Positions 1 to 8,293 are shown, counted from the stretch's first letter. The stretch: DNA of 40,697 bases from an uncultured Anaerolineales bacterium (GCA_964564195.1 CAZMAI010000002.1:2345-43041), one strand, 5' to 3'. A program made the numbers and translations. Notes: generated by a model from the letters alone, not told the origin.

Positions 1-95
1 CGATCCAACTGGTACACAGCATTGACCCAAACAATGAGCGACAGAGCAAGGGCCAGCATGGCTGTCCCGACGCGGTCCAGCATCTGCTTACTCAA
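1..95 (-). CDS. 5' end of a CdaR/YbbR-like regulator of diadenylate cyclase; the gene runs off the left edge
   Basis: Minus-strand frame reads (TTG)SKQMLDRVGTAMLALALSLIVWVNAVYQLD, a short N-terminus followed by one hydrophobic helix, as in CdaR/YbbR proteins. GAGGTG sits 5 nt upstream of the TTG at 95; an alternative ATG is at 83. It starts 22 nt downstream of the cdaA stop, matching the conserved cdaA-cdaR order. Only about 30 residues are visible. Confidence 0.4.
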   Translation of the reverse strand, partial: MSKQMLDRVGTAMLALALSLIVWVNAVYQLD

Positions 96-117
96 GGCGC
101 CACCTCAGTGTCATGAC

Positions 118-969
118 TCATTCGGTCTCGGTCCGATCATCCTTGGAGTTCTGTCGGCCTTGCACGGCACGATTCAGGAGGCCTGCCCCTTCCCGCTGCG
201 GTTTGAGCAGCGCACGCAGGAGCGTCGTCAGCCGGCGCTCATCCAGGTGCCGCACGATGCGGCCGTTCCGTGTCATAGAGATGATGCCGGTCTCTTCAGA
301 GACGACCACGGCGATCGCGTCGGTCTGCTCGGTGATCCCGACCGCGGCGCGGTGACGTGTGCCGAGATGCGAATCTGAGACGATCGTCTCTGCCAGGGGC
401 AGCACGCAGCTGGCTGCCACGATGCGGTCTCCGCGGATCACGACTGCACCGTCATGCAGGGCCGTGTTCGGGAAAAAGATCGTCTGGAGAAGTTGGTCGG
501 CGACCGCGGCGTCGATCGGCACGCCAGTGTCGATGTGATCCTGTAGACCGGTATCGCGTTCTATGACAATGAGGGCGCCATGTTTTCGCTCTGACAGCCG
601 CCGGCAGGCTGAAGCGATCTCGCCGATGACACGATCGATCTGGATCTCGCGCCCGCCTGTCCACAACGAGATCCCGCCTGCGCGTCCCAGCCGGTCCAGC
701 GCGCGTCGCAGCTCGGGCTGCAGCACGATGGCCACAACAACCAGCAGCGCCTGCCCTGTGCTCCGCAGCAGCCAGTTAAAGGCTGTCAGGTCTGCGATGC
801 TGCCAAACAGAGATACCGCGAGCGCCAGCAGGATGATGCCGCGCAAGAGCTGTACAGCCTGCGTCCCCTGCACCATCACGAGTATGCCGTAGATGATGCC
901 AGCAACGAGCAGGATATCGATCAGATTGCGGGCGTCCAGTTTGGACAGCAGCCACAGAACGTTGGCCAC
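118..969 (-). CDS. cdaA: Diadenylate cyclase CdaA (c-di-AMP synthase), three N-terminal TM helices plus a DAC domain
   Basis: 283-aa ORF with a GTG start at 969. DAC-domain motifs are present: ALHDGAVVIRG (DGA) and GTRHRAAVGITEQTDA (RHR). The N-terminus is hydrophobic. AAGGAG lies in the last argF codons, 7 nt upstream of the start. Confidence 0.9.
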   Translation of the reverse strand: MANVLWLLSKLDARNLIDILLVAGIIYGILVMVQGTQAVQLLRGIILLALAVSLFGSIADLTAFNWLLRSTGQALLVVVAIVLQPELRRALDRLGRAGGISLWTGGREIQIDRVIGEIASACRRLSERKHGALIVIERDTGLQDHIDTGVPIDAAVADQLLQTIFFPNTALHDGAVVIRGDRIVAASCVLPLAETIVSDSHLGTRHRAAVGITEQTDAIAVVVSEETGIISMTRNGRIVRHLDERRLTTLLRALLKPQREGAGLLNRAVQGRQNSKDDRTETE

Positions 970-972
970 AGA

Positions 973-1896
973 TCACTCCTTCAGCAGGTGCACCAGAACG
1001 GCCTTTTGGCCGTGCAGCCGGTTCTCTGCTTGATCAAAGAGCCACGAGCGCTCACCGTCCGCCACGGCGTCCGTGATCTCCTCTCCCCGGTGCGCTGGCA
1101 AACAGTGCAACACGCCCTGAACCGAGGGGGCCTGAGACAGCAGTTCTTCATTGATCTGGTAGGGCGGAAACACCTGCCGGCGCACCGCGCTCTCAGCTTC
1201 CTGACCCATGCTGGTCCAAGTGTCAGTATACAGCACATCTGCGTCACTAACTGCTTTGAGGGGATCTGCGTTGAGCCGGACGCTGCCGCCCGAATGGTGA
1301 GCTAGGGCACCGGCGATCTGAACGACGCTGGGCAGAGGCCCGTATCCCTCGGGCGTGGCGGCTGTCACGTGCATACCCAGCATGGCTCCACCGATCAAGA
1401 GCGAGTGCAGGACATTGTTGCCATCGCCGAGGTAGGTGAGGCGAACATCCTTGAGCTGGCCGAGCTTTTCCATGATCGTGAGCAGGTCGGCGATACCCTG
1501 ACAGGGGTGATCGTAATCCGAGAGGCCGTTGATCACCGGCACAGTCGCATATCGTGCCAGGTCGACGACGTCGCTATGGGCAAACACCCGTGCCATAATA
1601 GCGTCGGCGTAACGACTGAGAACGCGAGCCGCGTCGGCGATGCTCTCCCGGTGCCCCAGCTGTATCTCATCCGGTGACAGGTAGACTGCGTGCCCCCCGA
1701 GTTGGTACATGCCGATATCGAACGATGTCCGGGTGCGCAGCGACGGCTTTTGAAACACCATCGCCAGCGTGTGGCCGGGAAGGAGCGGATCGCGCTGTCC
1801 GTCTTTCCAGTCGGCCTTGAGCGCTATCGCCAGATCCAGCAGTCCCTGCAACTCTGCGGGCGTGGCGTGTTCCAACGCGATAAAGTCACGCTTCAT
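973..1896 (-). CDS. argF: Ornithine carbamoyltransferase
   Basis: Motifs SLRTRTSFD (carbamoyl-phosphate site), DHPCQ and HCLPAHRGEE. The ORF is open to 1911, but the ATG at 1896 (MKRDFIALEH) is preceded by GAGGGG at 5 nt. The start overlaps the 3' end of the upstream methyltransferase gene. Confidence 0.9.
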   Translation of the reverse strand: MKRDFIALEHATPAELQGLLDLAIALKADWKDGQRDPLLPGHTLAMVFQKPSLRTRTSFDIGMYQLGGHAVYLSPDEIQLGHRESIADAARVLSRYADAIMARVFAHSDVVDLARYATVPVINGLSDYDHPCQGIADLLTIMEKLGQLKDVRLTYLGDGNNVLHSLLIGGAMLGMHVTAATPEGYGPLPSVVQIAGALAHHSGGSVRLNADPLKAVSDADVLYTDTWTSMGQEAESAVRRQVFPPYQINEELLSQAPSVQGVLHCLPAHRGEEITDAVADGERSWLFDQAENRLHGQKAVLVHLLKE

Positions 1897-2602
1897 CGAT
1901 TCCCCTCTCATCCCTGATTTGGCCCAAGCCGGGCTTCACAGCCCAGATCAAGTCGTAGTACACCTGCCAGCGGTGCGTATCGATATCCTGCATCCCCAGT
2001 TCACTCAGGAGCGCCTCAAGCTTGCCGCGCCGGCAGTATCGTCCCGGAAACAGCCAGGCCTCACAGCCGATGCGATTGGTGACCAGCATAGAGCCACCGG
2101 GCTTGAGCACGCGCATCATCTCGCGGACGACGGCGCGAGGGTCGCGCATGAACTCGAGAGCCTCCAGGCAACTGACGGCGTCAAAGGTATCGTCCTCAAA
2201 CATCAGACTGTGGGCGTCACCCTGCAAGAACGCAGCCTGCATATCGAGCGATCCCAGCGCGGCGACCGCCTCCAGCAGCATGGGCAGCGAGTGATCAACG
2301 CCGATCACGATGCCCGTATAGTCTGCACCGTCGAGCAAGGTCGCAGGCAGGCGCCCCGTCCCGGTAGCGACGTCGAGCACCCGTGGCTCCCGGGCGGGCA
2401 GTCTCTCGCTGAGCGGTGCGCCCAGAAAATACATCTCATAGACTGGCCGCACCTTCTTGATGTTGTTGTAGCGCCGCGCTGTCCAATCGTACATCATGAC
2501 CACTGCTCTGGTGCCGAGGTACGTTCCCTCGGTCACGATGATCATCCAGTAGAGCAGCAGGGCAGCCACGATCGCTGCCAGCACATACCAGAGCCATGTC
2601 AC
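1886..2602 (-). CDS. Class I SAM-dependent methyltransferase with one N-terminal TM helix
   Basis: SAM-binding motif VLDVATGTGRL and post-II motif MRVLKPGGSMLV. N-terminal helix is TWLWYVLAAIVAALLLYWMIIV. The GTG at 2602 forms a GTGA overlap with the stop of the upstream membrane-protein gene. An alternative ATG at 2647 would overlap that gene by 49 nt. Confidence 0.75.
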   Translation of the reverse strand: MTWLWYVLAAIVAALLLYWMIIVTEGTYLGTRAVVMMYDWTARRYNNIKKVRPVYEMYFLGAPLSERLPAREPRVLDVATGTGRLPATLLDGADYTGIVIGVDHSLPMLLEAVAALGSLDMQAAFLQGDAHSLMFEDDTFDAVSCLEALEFMRDPRAVVREMMRVLKPGGSMLVTNRIGCEAWLFPGRYCRRGKLEALLSELGMQDIDTHRWQVYYDLIWAVKPGLGQIRDERGIDEA

Positions 2603-3330
2603 GTCGCAAGGCTCCAGTAGGTCGACGCGATGGCGATGAGCACCCATCCACCGACCCAGGAGAGCGATGCAAGTCGTCCCGCGTCGCCCCGGCGAACTGG
2701 CTGTGTCCGATAGAGGTCGTCGGCGCAACCCGTCAGCGCCACCAATCCAGCCAATAGCGGCTGCCGAGACACGACCAGCACGGCAAAGATGCCTATCCAG
2801 GACAGGCGCGTGACCCACAGGCTCAACCTGTGCTGAACGACGGCGTGCGACAGTCTACCATAGGTCCCTGCTCCGGCCAGCACGCCGAGGGCTGCCACAG
2901 GATGGATCTGTCCGGTCACAAGAGCAAAGGCTGCTGCCCAGGCCCCAACGACCTGCGTGCCTTCTATCAGGGCCGTCGCCGTATTCACTACTTGACCTTT
3001 AGTGGCGATCGCCTCCAGGATGCAGAGGAGCAGCGTGATGCCTGCAAGCATGCGTGCCGTATGGCGCAAGAGCAGCGCCAATGCGGCGGCCGTCAGTAAG
3101 CAAATTAACGCCTGCAGCGCCGCACGCCAGAGGCGCCGTGTATCAGAGCGCCCGGATCCGCGACGGCTCACCACGCGGATGTTGCGCGCCAGTGTGCCAG
3201 CACAGAGGTCCAGGATCACCCAGAGGGCCACCAACGGCAGCGCGGCTGCGGAAAGATGCCGCGGTCCAGCAGCCGAAAGGGCGCCCGCCAACACAGCGCC
3301 GATGACATAGCCAGAAGGCTTGATCCACAT
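2599..3330 (-). CDS. Multi-pass integral membrane protein of unknown function (243 aa)
   Basis: Start chosen at the ATG at 3330 (MWIKPSGYVIG), with GAGG 6 nt upstream. About 6-7 hydrophobic segments. No motif I can name with certainty; see findings for a weak CDP-alcohol-phosphatidyltransferase-like string. The ORF-track extension to 3498 is Arg/Gly-rich and non-membrane. Confidence 0.6.
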   Translation of the reverse strand: MWIKPSGYVIGAVLAGALSAAGPRHLSAAALPLVALWVILDLCAGTLARNIRVVSRRGSGRSDTRRLWRAALQALICLLTAAALALLLRHTARMLAGITLLLCILEAIATKGQVVNTATALIEGTQVVGAWAAAFALVTGQIHPVAALGVLAGAGTYGRLSHAVVQHRLSLWVTRLSWIGIFAVLVVSRQPLLAGLVALTGCADDLYRTQPVRRGDAGRLASLSWVGGWVLIAIASTYWSLAT

Positions 3331-3384
3331 ACCGCGCCTCAGGGTCTGAATCTGGGTCGCTCCATTGCGCGTCCCTCCGCGCTG

Positions 3385-3413
3385 ATTATAGCATCGCGTG
3401 TGTCTGAGGCCAA
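3385..3413 (-). promoter_or_regulatory. Sigma-70-like promoter for the membrane protein-methyltransferase-argF-cdaA operon
   Basis: On the minus strand: TTGGCC (3413..3408), 17-nt spacer, TATAAT (3390..3385). This lies about 55 nt upstream of the ATG at 3330. Confidence 0.4.
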
Positions 3414-3440
3414 CGAAGGGCCCGGGACGCCCGCCGTTCT

Positions 3441-3797
3441 TTAGGAGTTGATCCGAACAGCCACCGCCCGAGGCCCGCGCTCGTCTCGCTCCACACAATA
3501 GGATAGCCTGGTCCCCGGTTCGATGAACGAGCCTCGCTTGACTCCAAGTGCCGAGGCATGGACAAACACACTGTCACCATCGTCATCGCGGATGAAACCA
3601 TACCCGCGTCTGCGGTTGTAGCGCTCAAGGGTTCCCATGTGTCGTGAGGTCAGCGCGTTCAGAGCAAGGCAGCCCGGACATTGGGAGGGTGGGGCAAGCC
3701 CTGCGGCCCCCCGCTTCCGGCGTTCCTCAACGGTGTATAGAAAAGAGTTATGGCAGGTGTGGCAATGGAGATAGGTGTCTGTCATCGATGTAGACAT
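3441..3797 (-). CDS. Cold-shock-domain protein with an N-terminal four-cysteine zinc ribbon (118 aa)
   Basis: C-terminal 65 aa, MGTLERYNRRRGYGFIRDDDGDSVFVHASAL...GTRLSYCVERDERGPRAVAV, matches the CspA-type fold (RNP1-like GYGFI, RNP2-like VFVH). The N-terminal 53 aa carry HCHTCH ... QCPGC (CxxC-x23-CxxC). There is no SD in front of the internal Met. Confidence 0.75.
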   Translation of the reverse strand: MSTSMTDTYLHCHTCHNSFLYTVEERRKRGAAGLAPPSQCPGCLALNALTSRHMGTLERYNRRRGYGFIRDDDGDSVFVHASALGVKRGSFIEPGTRLSYCVERDERGPRAVAVRINS

Positions 3798-3927
3798 AAA
3801 TCTGCTCTAAAGCCTCCATGGCTCGGGTCGCTTGAAGGGTTGCTGTTGCTGACCGAATGACACGAATCGGTTGCCATTTCGCCGCAGGGTGTGTTATGCT
3901 GACCAGCAGCAAGCCGCCTTGGTGTGC

Positions 3928-5193
3928 TTAGCTGGCCTCGAGCGCCACGCCGGCTCTGACGCGTGCCAGGGTAAGGCTGGTGATGAACGCCCCAAGGGCA
4001 AAGATCAGGGCGATACCGAAAATGGTTTCGGGGCTAGAATGGGTGTACAGCGCCCCCACGGCCAGCGATGCGACAAAGACCGGGCTCTTGAGCACACCGC
4101 TGGCTGCCAGGTACGCCGGACGCCTGTCCTCAGTGGCGATGTCCATCAGGTAGGCGGTAAAGGTCCACCAGGAACTGCCCGAGACAAAGCCGAGCAGCGC
4201 AAAGGCCAGCAGGTAGACCACGTAGGGCAGTCCGAGCAATGGGGCCAACGTCACGAGCGCCAGGGTGGCCACCTCGACCGCTGTACCCAGGCGCACTGCG
4301 GCCCAGCTTCCGAGGCGGTCGATGATGTGCCCGCAGACTAGGGCGGCCGCCATCCCGCCCAGGTTCTGCGCGATAATGTAGGTGCCGAGGACAGACTGTC
4401 CCTGAGGAACCAGATCGACGGCCCGAATGACAAAAAAGGGAAAGACAGAGGACGCAGTTCCTAGCAACAGCTCGACGAGCACGATGCGGCGCAACCGGGC
4501 ATCCTCTTTAAGAGAGCGCCACAGCAGCGCAATGCTTTTCCGGACACTGGCGCTCTCCTTTGGGGACCCATCGGGCCGCTCTCGCAACAGGCTGATCGCG
4601 AGCACTGATCCAAAGAAACCGATGGTTGCGCAGGTAAAGATCAGAGCCCAGTTTCTGGGAAAGCTGGGTCCAGTGTTCGAGAGGATGCGCTGGATGAGGT
4701 AGCCGCCCGCCAGCGCACCCAGGGAGGAAAGCAACTGGCCCATGCCGAGAAACCGTCCGCGGATGCGGGCTGGCAGGAGTTTGCCAACGATGTCGGGCCA
4801 TGAGATGCCGTTCAGTCCCTCGGAGGTGTAGAACAAGGCGGTCGCGATAGCCAGCAGACCCAGCACGACCAACGGGGCGGAAGGTGCAAGAAACAGGATA
4901 ATGGGCGCCATCAGAGCGACAGGAAGCCTCCCGCCCACACTGGACCACAAGAGCAGCGGCTTTTTGCGGGGGCTGGCCGTGAGGACGCCCGCGGCCCAGA
5001 TCTGTGGCACTGTCACAAACACAACCCGCAGGGCCGAAAGGATGCCAATGGCGAACTCTGATCCAGTCAGTGTCTGGGCAAAGGTGGGCACAATGACCAG
5101 CGGATCGAAGAACGCAAACCCAACCGAAAAGGCGACAAAGTCGACCACGAGTAGCAGCAGGTTACGTCGTAGCCAGGGATGGGCGTCGGCCAT
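3928..5193 (-). CDS. MFS transporter (12-TM type), substrate unknown
   Basis: 421-aa ORF, hydrophobic throughout, with about 12 predicted helices and a central basic loop (LLRERPDGSPKESASVRKS). Confidence 0.85.
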   Translation of the reverse strand: MADAHPWLRRNLLLLVVDFVAFSVGFAFFDPLVIVPTFAQTLTGSEFAIGILSALRVVFVTVPQIWAAGVLTASPRKKPLLLWSSVGGRLPVALMAPIILFLAPSAPLVVLGLLAIATALFYTSEGLNGISWPDIVGKLLPARIRGRFLGMGQLLSSLGALAGGYLIQRILSNTGPSFPRNWALIFTCATIGFFGSVLAISLLRERPDGSPKESASVRKSIALLWRSLKEDARLRRIVLVELLLGTASSVFPFFVIRAVDLVPQGQSVLGTYIIAQNLGGMAAALVCGHIIDRLGSWAAVRLGTAVEVATLALVTLAPLLGLPYVVYLLAFALLGFVSGSSWWTFTAYLMDIATEDRRPAYLAASGVLKSPVFVASLAVGALYTHSSPETIFGIALIFALGAFITSLTLARVRAGVALEAS

Positions 5194-5222
5194 GGGTTGT
5201 TGCTCTCCTCAAAGGTGGGGCG

Positions 5223-5252
5223 AGTATACGTGTGAGGTCGCGGCTGTGTCAA
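5223..5252 (-). promoter_or_regulatory. Sigma-70-like promoter for the MFS transporter gene
   Basis: On the minus strand: TTGACA (5252..5247), 18-nt spacer, TATACT (5228..5223). This lies about 30 nt upstream of the ATG at 5193. Confidence 0.45.
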
Positions 5253-5329
5253 CGAGGAACGGTGGCGGTTAGCTGGGATTGACGCGGATCACTGATGGGG
5301 CCAGAAGCGTGAGGATCCAGGCGGCTATT

Positions 5330-5357
5330 TTGTGCAGGGGGCGCCCGGTGCTATTAT
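5330..5357 (+). promoter_or_regulatory. Candidate promoter for pyrG
   Basis: TTGTGC (5330..5335), 16-nt spacer, TATTAT (5352..5357), about 44 nt upstream of the pyrG ATG. Confidence 0.3.
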
Positions 5358-5400
5358 TCAGTCCCGGGCAGCAGGCCCCACACTTAGATGGAGGGCATGC

Positions 5401-7005
5401 ATGACCCGTTTTGTTTTTGTTACCGGTGGCGTTGTCTCCTCAGTTGGCAAGGGCGTGGCAGCGGCCTCCATCGGCCGCATACTCAAGTCTCGCGGTGTGA
5501 GCGTAACGCTCCAAAAGCTCGACCCCTACATCAACGTTGACCCCGGTACCATGTCTCCGCTTCAGCACGGTGAGGTGTTTGTTCTCGAGGATGGCACGGA
5601 AACCGACCTGGATCTTGGCCACTATGAGCGCTTTACCGATGTGCAGCTCGGGCAGTATGCCAACGTCACGAGCGGGCGCATCTATGCCGAAGTCATCGCC
5701 AGAGAGCGTCGCGGCGATTTCCTGGGTGGGACGGTACAGGTCATCCCGCACATCACCGACGAGATCAAGCGTCACATTCGAACCGCGCCCGAGGAAGCTG
5801 GCATCGACGTCGCGATCGTAGAGATCGGCGGCACGGTGGGCGACATCGAAAGCCTTCCGTTTCTCGAGGCCATTCGCCAGATGCGCCGGGATGTCGGTGC
5901 CGACAACTGCTGCTATGTGCACATCACGCTCCTGCCTCACATCGGTGCGACGGACGAGCTCAAGACCAAGCCGACGCAACACAGCGTCGCAGAACTGCGC
6001 AGCATTGGCATCAGTCCCGATGTGCTGCTCTGCCGGGCAGACTATCCGATCGCCGAGGACCTGTTGGACAAGATTGCGCTCTTTGGCGCGGTCGATCGGC
6101 AGGCTGTCATCCCACTGCAGACTACCGAGACAATCTACCAGGTACCTATCACTCTGGAGGAATACGGTCTCGGCGACTATCTGATCAAGCGCCTCAAGTT
6201 ACCCGCGATTGAGCCGGAGATGAACGGCTGGCGCGACGTTGTCGCCAATCTCCTCAACCCTCAAGGCGAGGTTCGCATCGCTTTGGTGGGTAAGTATGTC
6301 GCGCTGCATGATGCGTACAAGAGTGTTACCGAGTCGCTGATCCACGCCGCCGCGGCGCACAACCGCCGGGTGGTGGTCGAGTGGGTGGATGCGGAGGACA
6401 TCGAACGGGATGGGATTCCAGATGCAGTAAAGCAGGCTGATGGGATCATCGTGCCCGGCGGGTTTGGACCTAGAGGCATCGAGGGCAAGATTGCGGCGGC
6501 TCGGTATGCACGTGAGAACGGGATTCCCTACATAGGGCTGTGCCTGGGCCTGCAGGTGATGACCATCGAGTTTGCAAGGAATGTTCTCGGCTGGGGGGCC
6601 GCCAACAGCACAGAGTTCGATCCGGAGACGCCCTATCCTGTTGTGGATCTGATGCTGGCGCAAAGGGGTATCGCCGACAAAGGCGGGACGATGCGCCTGG
6701 GTCGCTATCCGTGCGTGCTGCGCCCCGGTACCCGCGCCAGGGACGCCTACGGGATCGATGAGATCTCGGAGCGGCATCGCCATCGTTGGGAGATCAACAA
6801 CGATTTCCGCGATGCCTTGCAGGAGGCGGGGCTTACCTGGAGTGGCACATCTCCGGATGGGCAACTGGTGGAGATGGGCGAGATTCGCGATCATCCCTGG
6901 ATGGTGGGTAGCCAGTTCCATCCCGAGTTCAAGACGCGCCCCGATCGGCCACATCCGCTGTTCCGCGGCTTTATCGGCGCAGCGATCGAACAGTCGCAGC
7001 GCTAG
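5401..7005 (+). CDS. pyrG: CTP synthase (glutamine-hydrolysing)
   Basis: Canonical N-terminus MTRFVFVTGGVVSSVGKG from the ATG at 5401, with GGAGGG upstream. GATase catalytic Cys in YIGLCLGLQ, plus HRHRWE and FHPEF motifs. The ORF-track start at 5332 adds 23 non-homologous residues. Confidence 0.95.
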   Translation: MTRFVFVTGGVVSSVGKGVAAASIGRILKSRGVSVTLQKLDPYINVDPGTMSPLQHGEVFVLEDGTETDLDLGHYERFTDVQLGQYANVTSGRIYAEVIARERRGDFLGGTVQVIPHITDEIKRHIRTAPEEAGIDVAIVEIGGTVGDIESLPFLEAIRQMRRDVGADNCCYVHITLLPHIGATDELKTKPTQHSVAELRSIGISPDVLLCRADYPIAEDLLDKIALFGAVDRQAVIPLQTTETIYQVPITLEEYGLGDYLIKRLKLPAIEPEMNGWRDVVANLLNPQGEVRIALVGKYVALHDAYKSVTESLIHAAAAHNRRVVVEWVDAEDIERDGIPDAVKQADGIIVPGGFGPRGIEGKIAAARYARENGIPYIGLCLGLQVMTIEFARNVLGWGAANSTEFDPETPYPVVDLMLAQRGIADKGGTMRLGRYPCVLRPGTRARDAYGIDEISERHRHRWEINNDFRDALQEAGLTWSGTSPDGQLVEMGEIRDHPWMVGSQFHPEFKTRPDRPHPLFRGFIGAAIEQSQR

Positions 7006-7012
7006 AGAAAAA

Positions 7013-7046
7013 GAACGGGCCTCTGGCTAGTCCAGGGGCCCGTTTC
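7013..7046. terminator. Bidirectional stem-loop terminator between convergent pyrG and DUF362 genes
   Basis: AACGGGCCTCTGG (7014..7026), CTAGT loop, CCAGGGGCCCGTT (7032..7044); 13 bp with one G-T wobble. T-rich flank (TTCTTTTTCTC) on the minus-strand side. Confidence 0.6.
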
Positions 7047-7104
7047 GTATCCTGATAGGGTGTGTGAGCGACTCCTCTTGTCCTTCTCGTAAAGCGGCGG
7101 GGGC

Positions 7105-8211
7105 CTAACGCAAAGAGCCTTCTCGCAGGTAGCGGTCGAACAGTTGGCCCCAGGACGTTGACTCACGCCAGGCGTCATACACGTGGCGCTCCTTTAGCGG
7201 CCACCGGTAGTAGTCGTGATAGGCCTCAGAGACAAAGCTCATTGCATGCACCAGCGGGGTGTGAAAGAGTAACTTTTGCAGTACCTTGGTGGGGCCATAC
7301 CAGGATAGCCAGCCGAGGGCACGATGCAGGTTCAGGCCCACACTAAAGTTCCAGCTCTCACCCTCGATATCATCACCGACGACCTCGATCTCGCGGGGAT
7401 CGCCGACCCCGAGGCCCTGTTCGTGGGCCAACCGGATATAGCCAATCTTGAGCGGGTCAAAGCCCATCAGTTGCGCGGCGATGGCATCGATCGCAACCTG
7501 ATCTCCGCTGGCCAGGATCACATTCTTGACGACGGGCTTCATCACGCGCGGACCCGTGCCATTTCCGGCAGTGGTGCCATCCATGACCGCAAAGATGCCC
7601 GAGTGAATCTCTTGCTGAATCGCCAGCAGATCCACCAGCGTCTCGTGAATCCAGGTGTGCGTATAGTGCCTGTGGGTGTTCAGCAGGCCACCGAACGCGT
7701 TCTTCATTGCCCCGGTCGTCGTCGTATAGATGTGGCACTTGACCGTAGGCAGGTGCACGATGCTCTTGCCCTTGAAATACTCGGGCATGGGAATGCCTTT
7801 GGGGTACACCCGGTCGAGCGCATTCATCCGTGCTTTGGGCTCGTACACCTTCCACTTTATGTCCGAGTCCTTAAAGTTGTACAGGACCGGGATGTTGTAC
7901 CGGCGAAAGATCGGTACATAGTTGTTCAGATCCTCACCCTTGAAGGCGTTGGTGACGACCGTCTTGTTCTGGACACAGACTTGCTGTTCATAGCCGCGAC
8001 GCTGCAGCGCCAGAATCGTTCCTTCCAGCTGCCACGGTGTGGTATTTGCACTGGGAAAGGGATAGTGCCACGAGATATTATCTTTGAGTATGACCGTGTC
8101 CCCAGCAGGCAGATACCGCTCAACCTGCGCCAGGCCCAAGAGCCGGTCGTAGTCGGCCAGAACGCTCTCGGGCTGGGTCTTGAGCACTGCAACACGCGCA
8201 CGTGTGGTCAT
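7105..8211 (-). CDS. DUF362 domain protein
   Basis: 368 aa. The spacing pattern is typical of DUF362: VAVLKT...VILKDNISW..., HLPTVKCHIYTTTTGAMKNAFGG, VMDGTTAGNGTGP, ASGDQVAIDAIAAQLMGFDP. No ferredoxin-type Cys cluster is fused. Confidence 0.8.
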   Translation of the reverse strand: MTTRARVAVLKTQPESVLADYDRLLGLAQVERYLPAGDTVILKDNISWHYPFPSANTTPWQLEGTILALQRRGYEQQVCVQNKTVVTNAFKGEDLNNYVPIFRRYNIPVLYNFKDSDIKWKVYEPKARMNALDRVYPKGIPMPEYFKGKSIVHLPTVKCHIYTTTTGAMKNAFGGLLNTHRHYTHTWIHETLVDLLAIQQEIHSGIFAVMDGTTAGNGTGPRVMKPVVKNVILASGDQVAIDAIAAQLMGFDPLKIGYIRLAHEQGLGVGDPREIEVVGDDIEGESWNFSVGLNLHRALGWLSWYGPTKVLQKLLFHTPLVHAMSFVSEAYHDYYRWPLKERHVYDAWRESTSWGQLFDRYLREGSLR

Positions 8212-8264
8212 CCGAATCGCCCTTTCATGTATCGGACCGAGGAACTCGTCCGTGTCTGCGCTGG

Positions 8265-8293
8265 ATTCTACGCGGCTGATCAGAGACCGTCAA
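8265..8293 (-). promoter_or_regulatory. Sigma-70-like promoter for the DUF362 gene
   Basis: On the minus strand: TTGACG (8293..8288), 17-nt spacer, TAGAAT (8270..8265). Confidence 0.45.

Noticed and set aside
1769-2620. 283-aa plus-strand ORF antisense to the methyltransferase, and 6199..6954 minus-strand ORF antisense to pyrG
   Set aside because: Shadow ORFs opposite genes with clear catalytic motifs.
5332-5400. Longer N-terminal extensions offered by the ORF track: pyrG from 5332, membrane protein from 3498, SDR from 9178, MBL from 22155, pgi from 24175, pstA from 34061, enolase copy 1 from 39147, lipoprotein from 19651
   Set aside because: In each case an internal start has a proper Shine-Dalgarno sequence and restores the canonical family N-terminus or signal peptide. 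The extension is Arg/Gly-rich, lacks an SD, or overlaps the upstream gene.
5194-5400. Possible riboswitch or attenuator in the leaders of pyrG, the MATE gene, the MFS gene or the cation ATPase (for example c-di-AMP ydaO-type, pyrimidine attenuation)
   Set aside because: The leaders implied by the predicted promoters are short (about 20-50 nt). I could not see conserved riboswitch cores or terminator/antiterminator alternatives. An Rfam/Infernal scan would be decisive.
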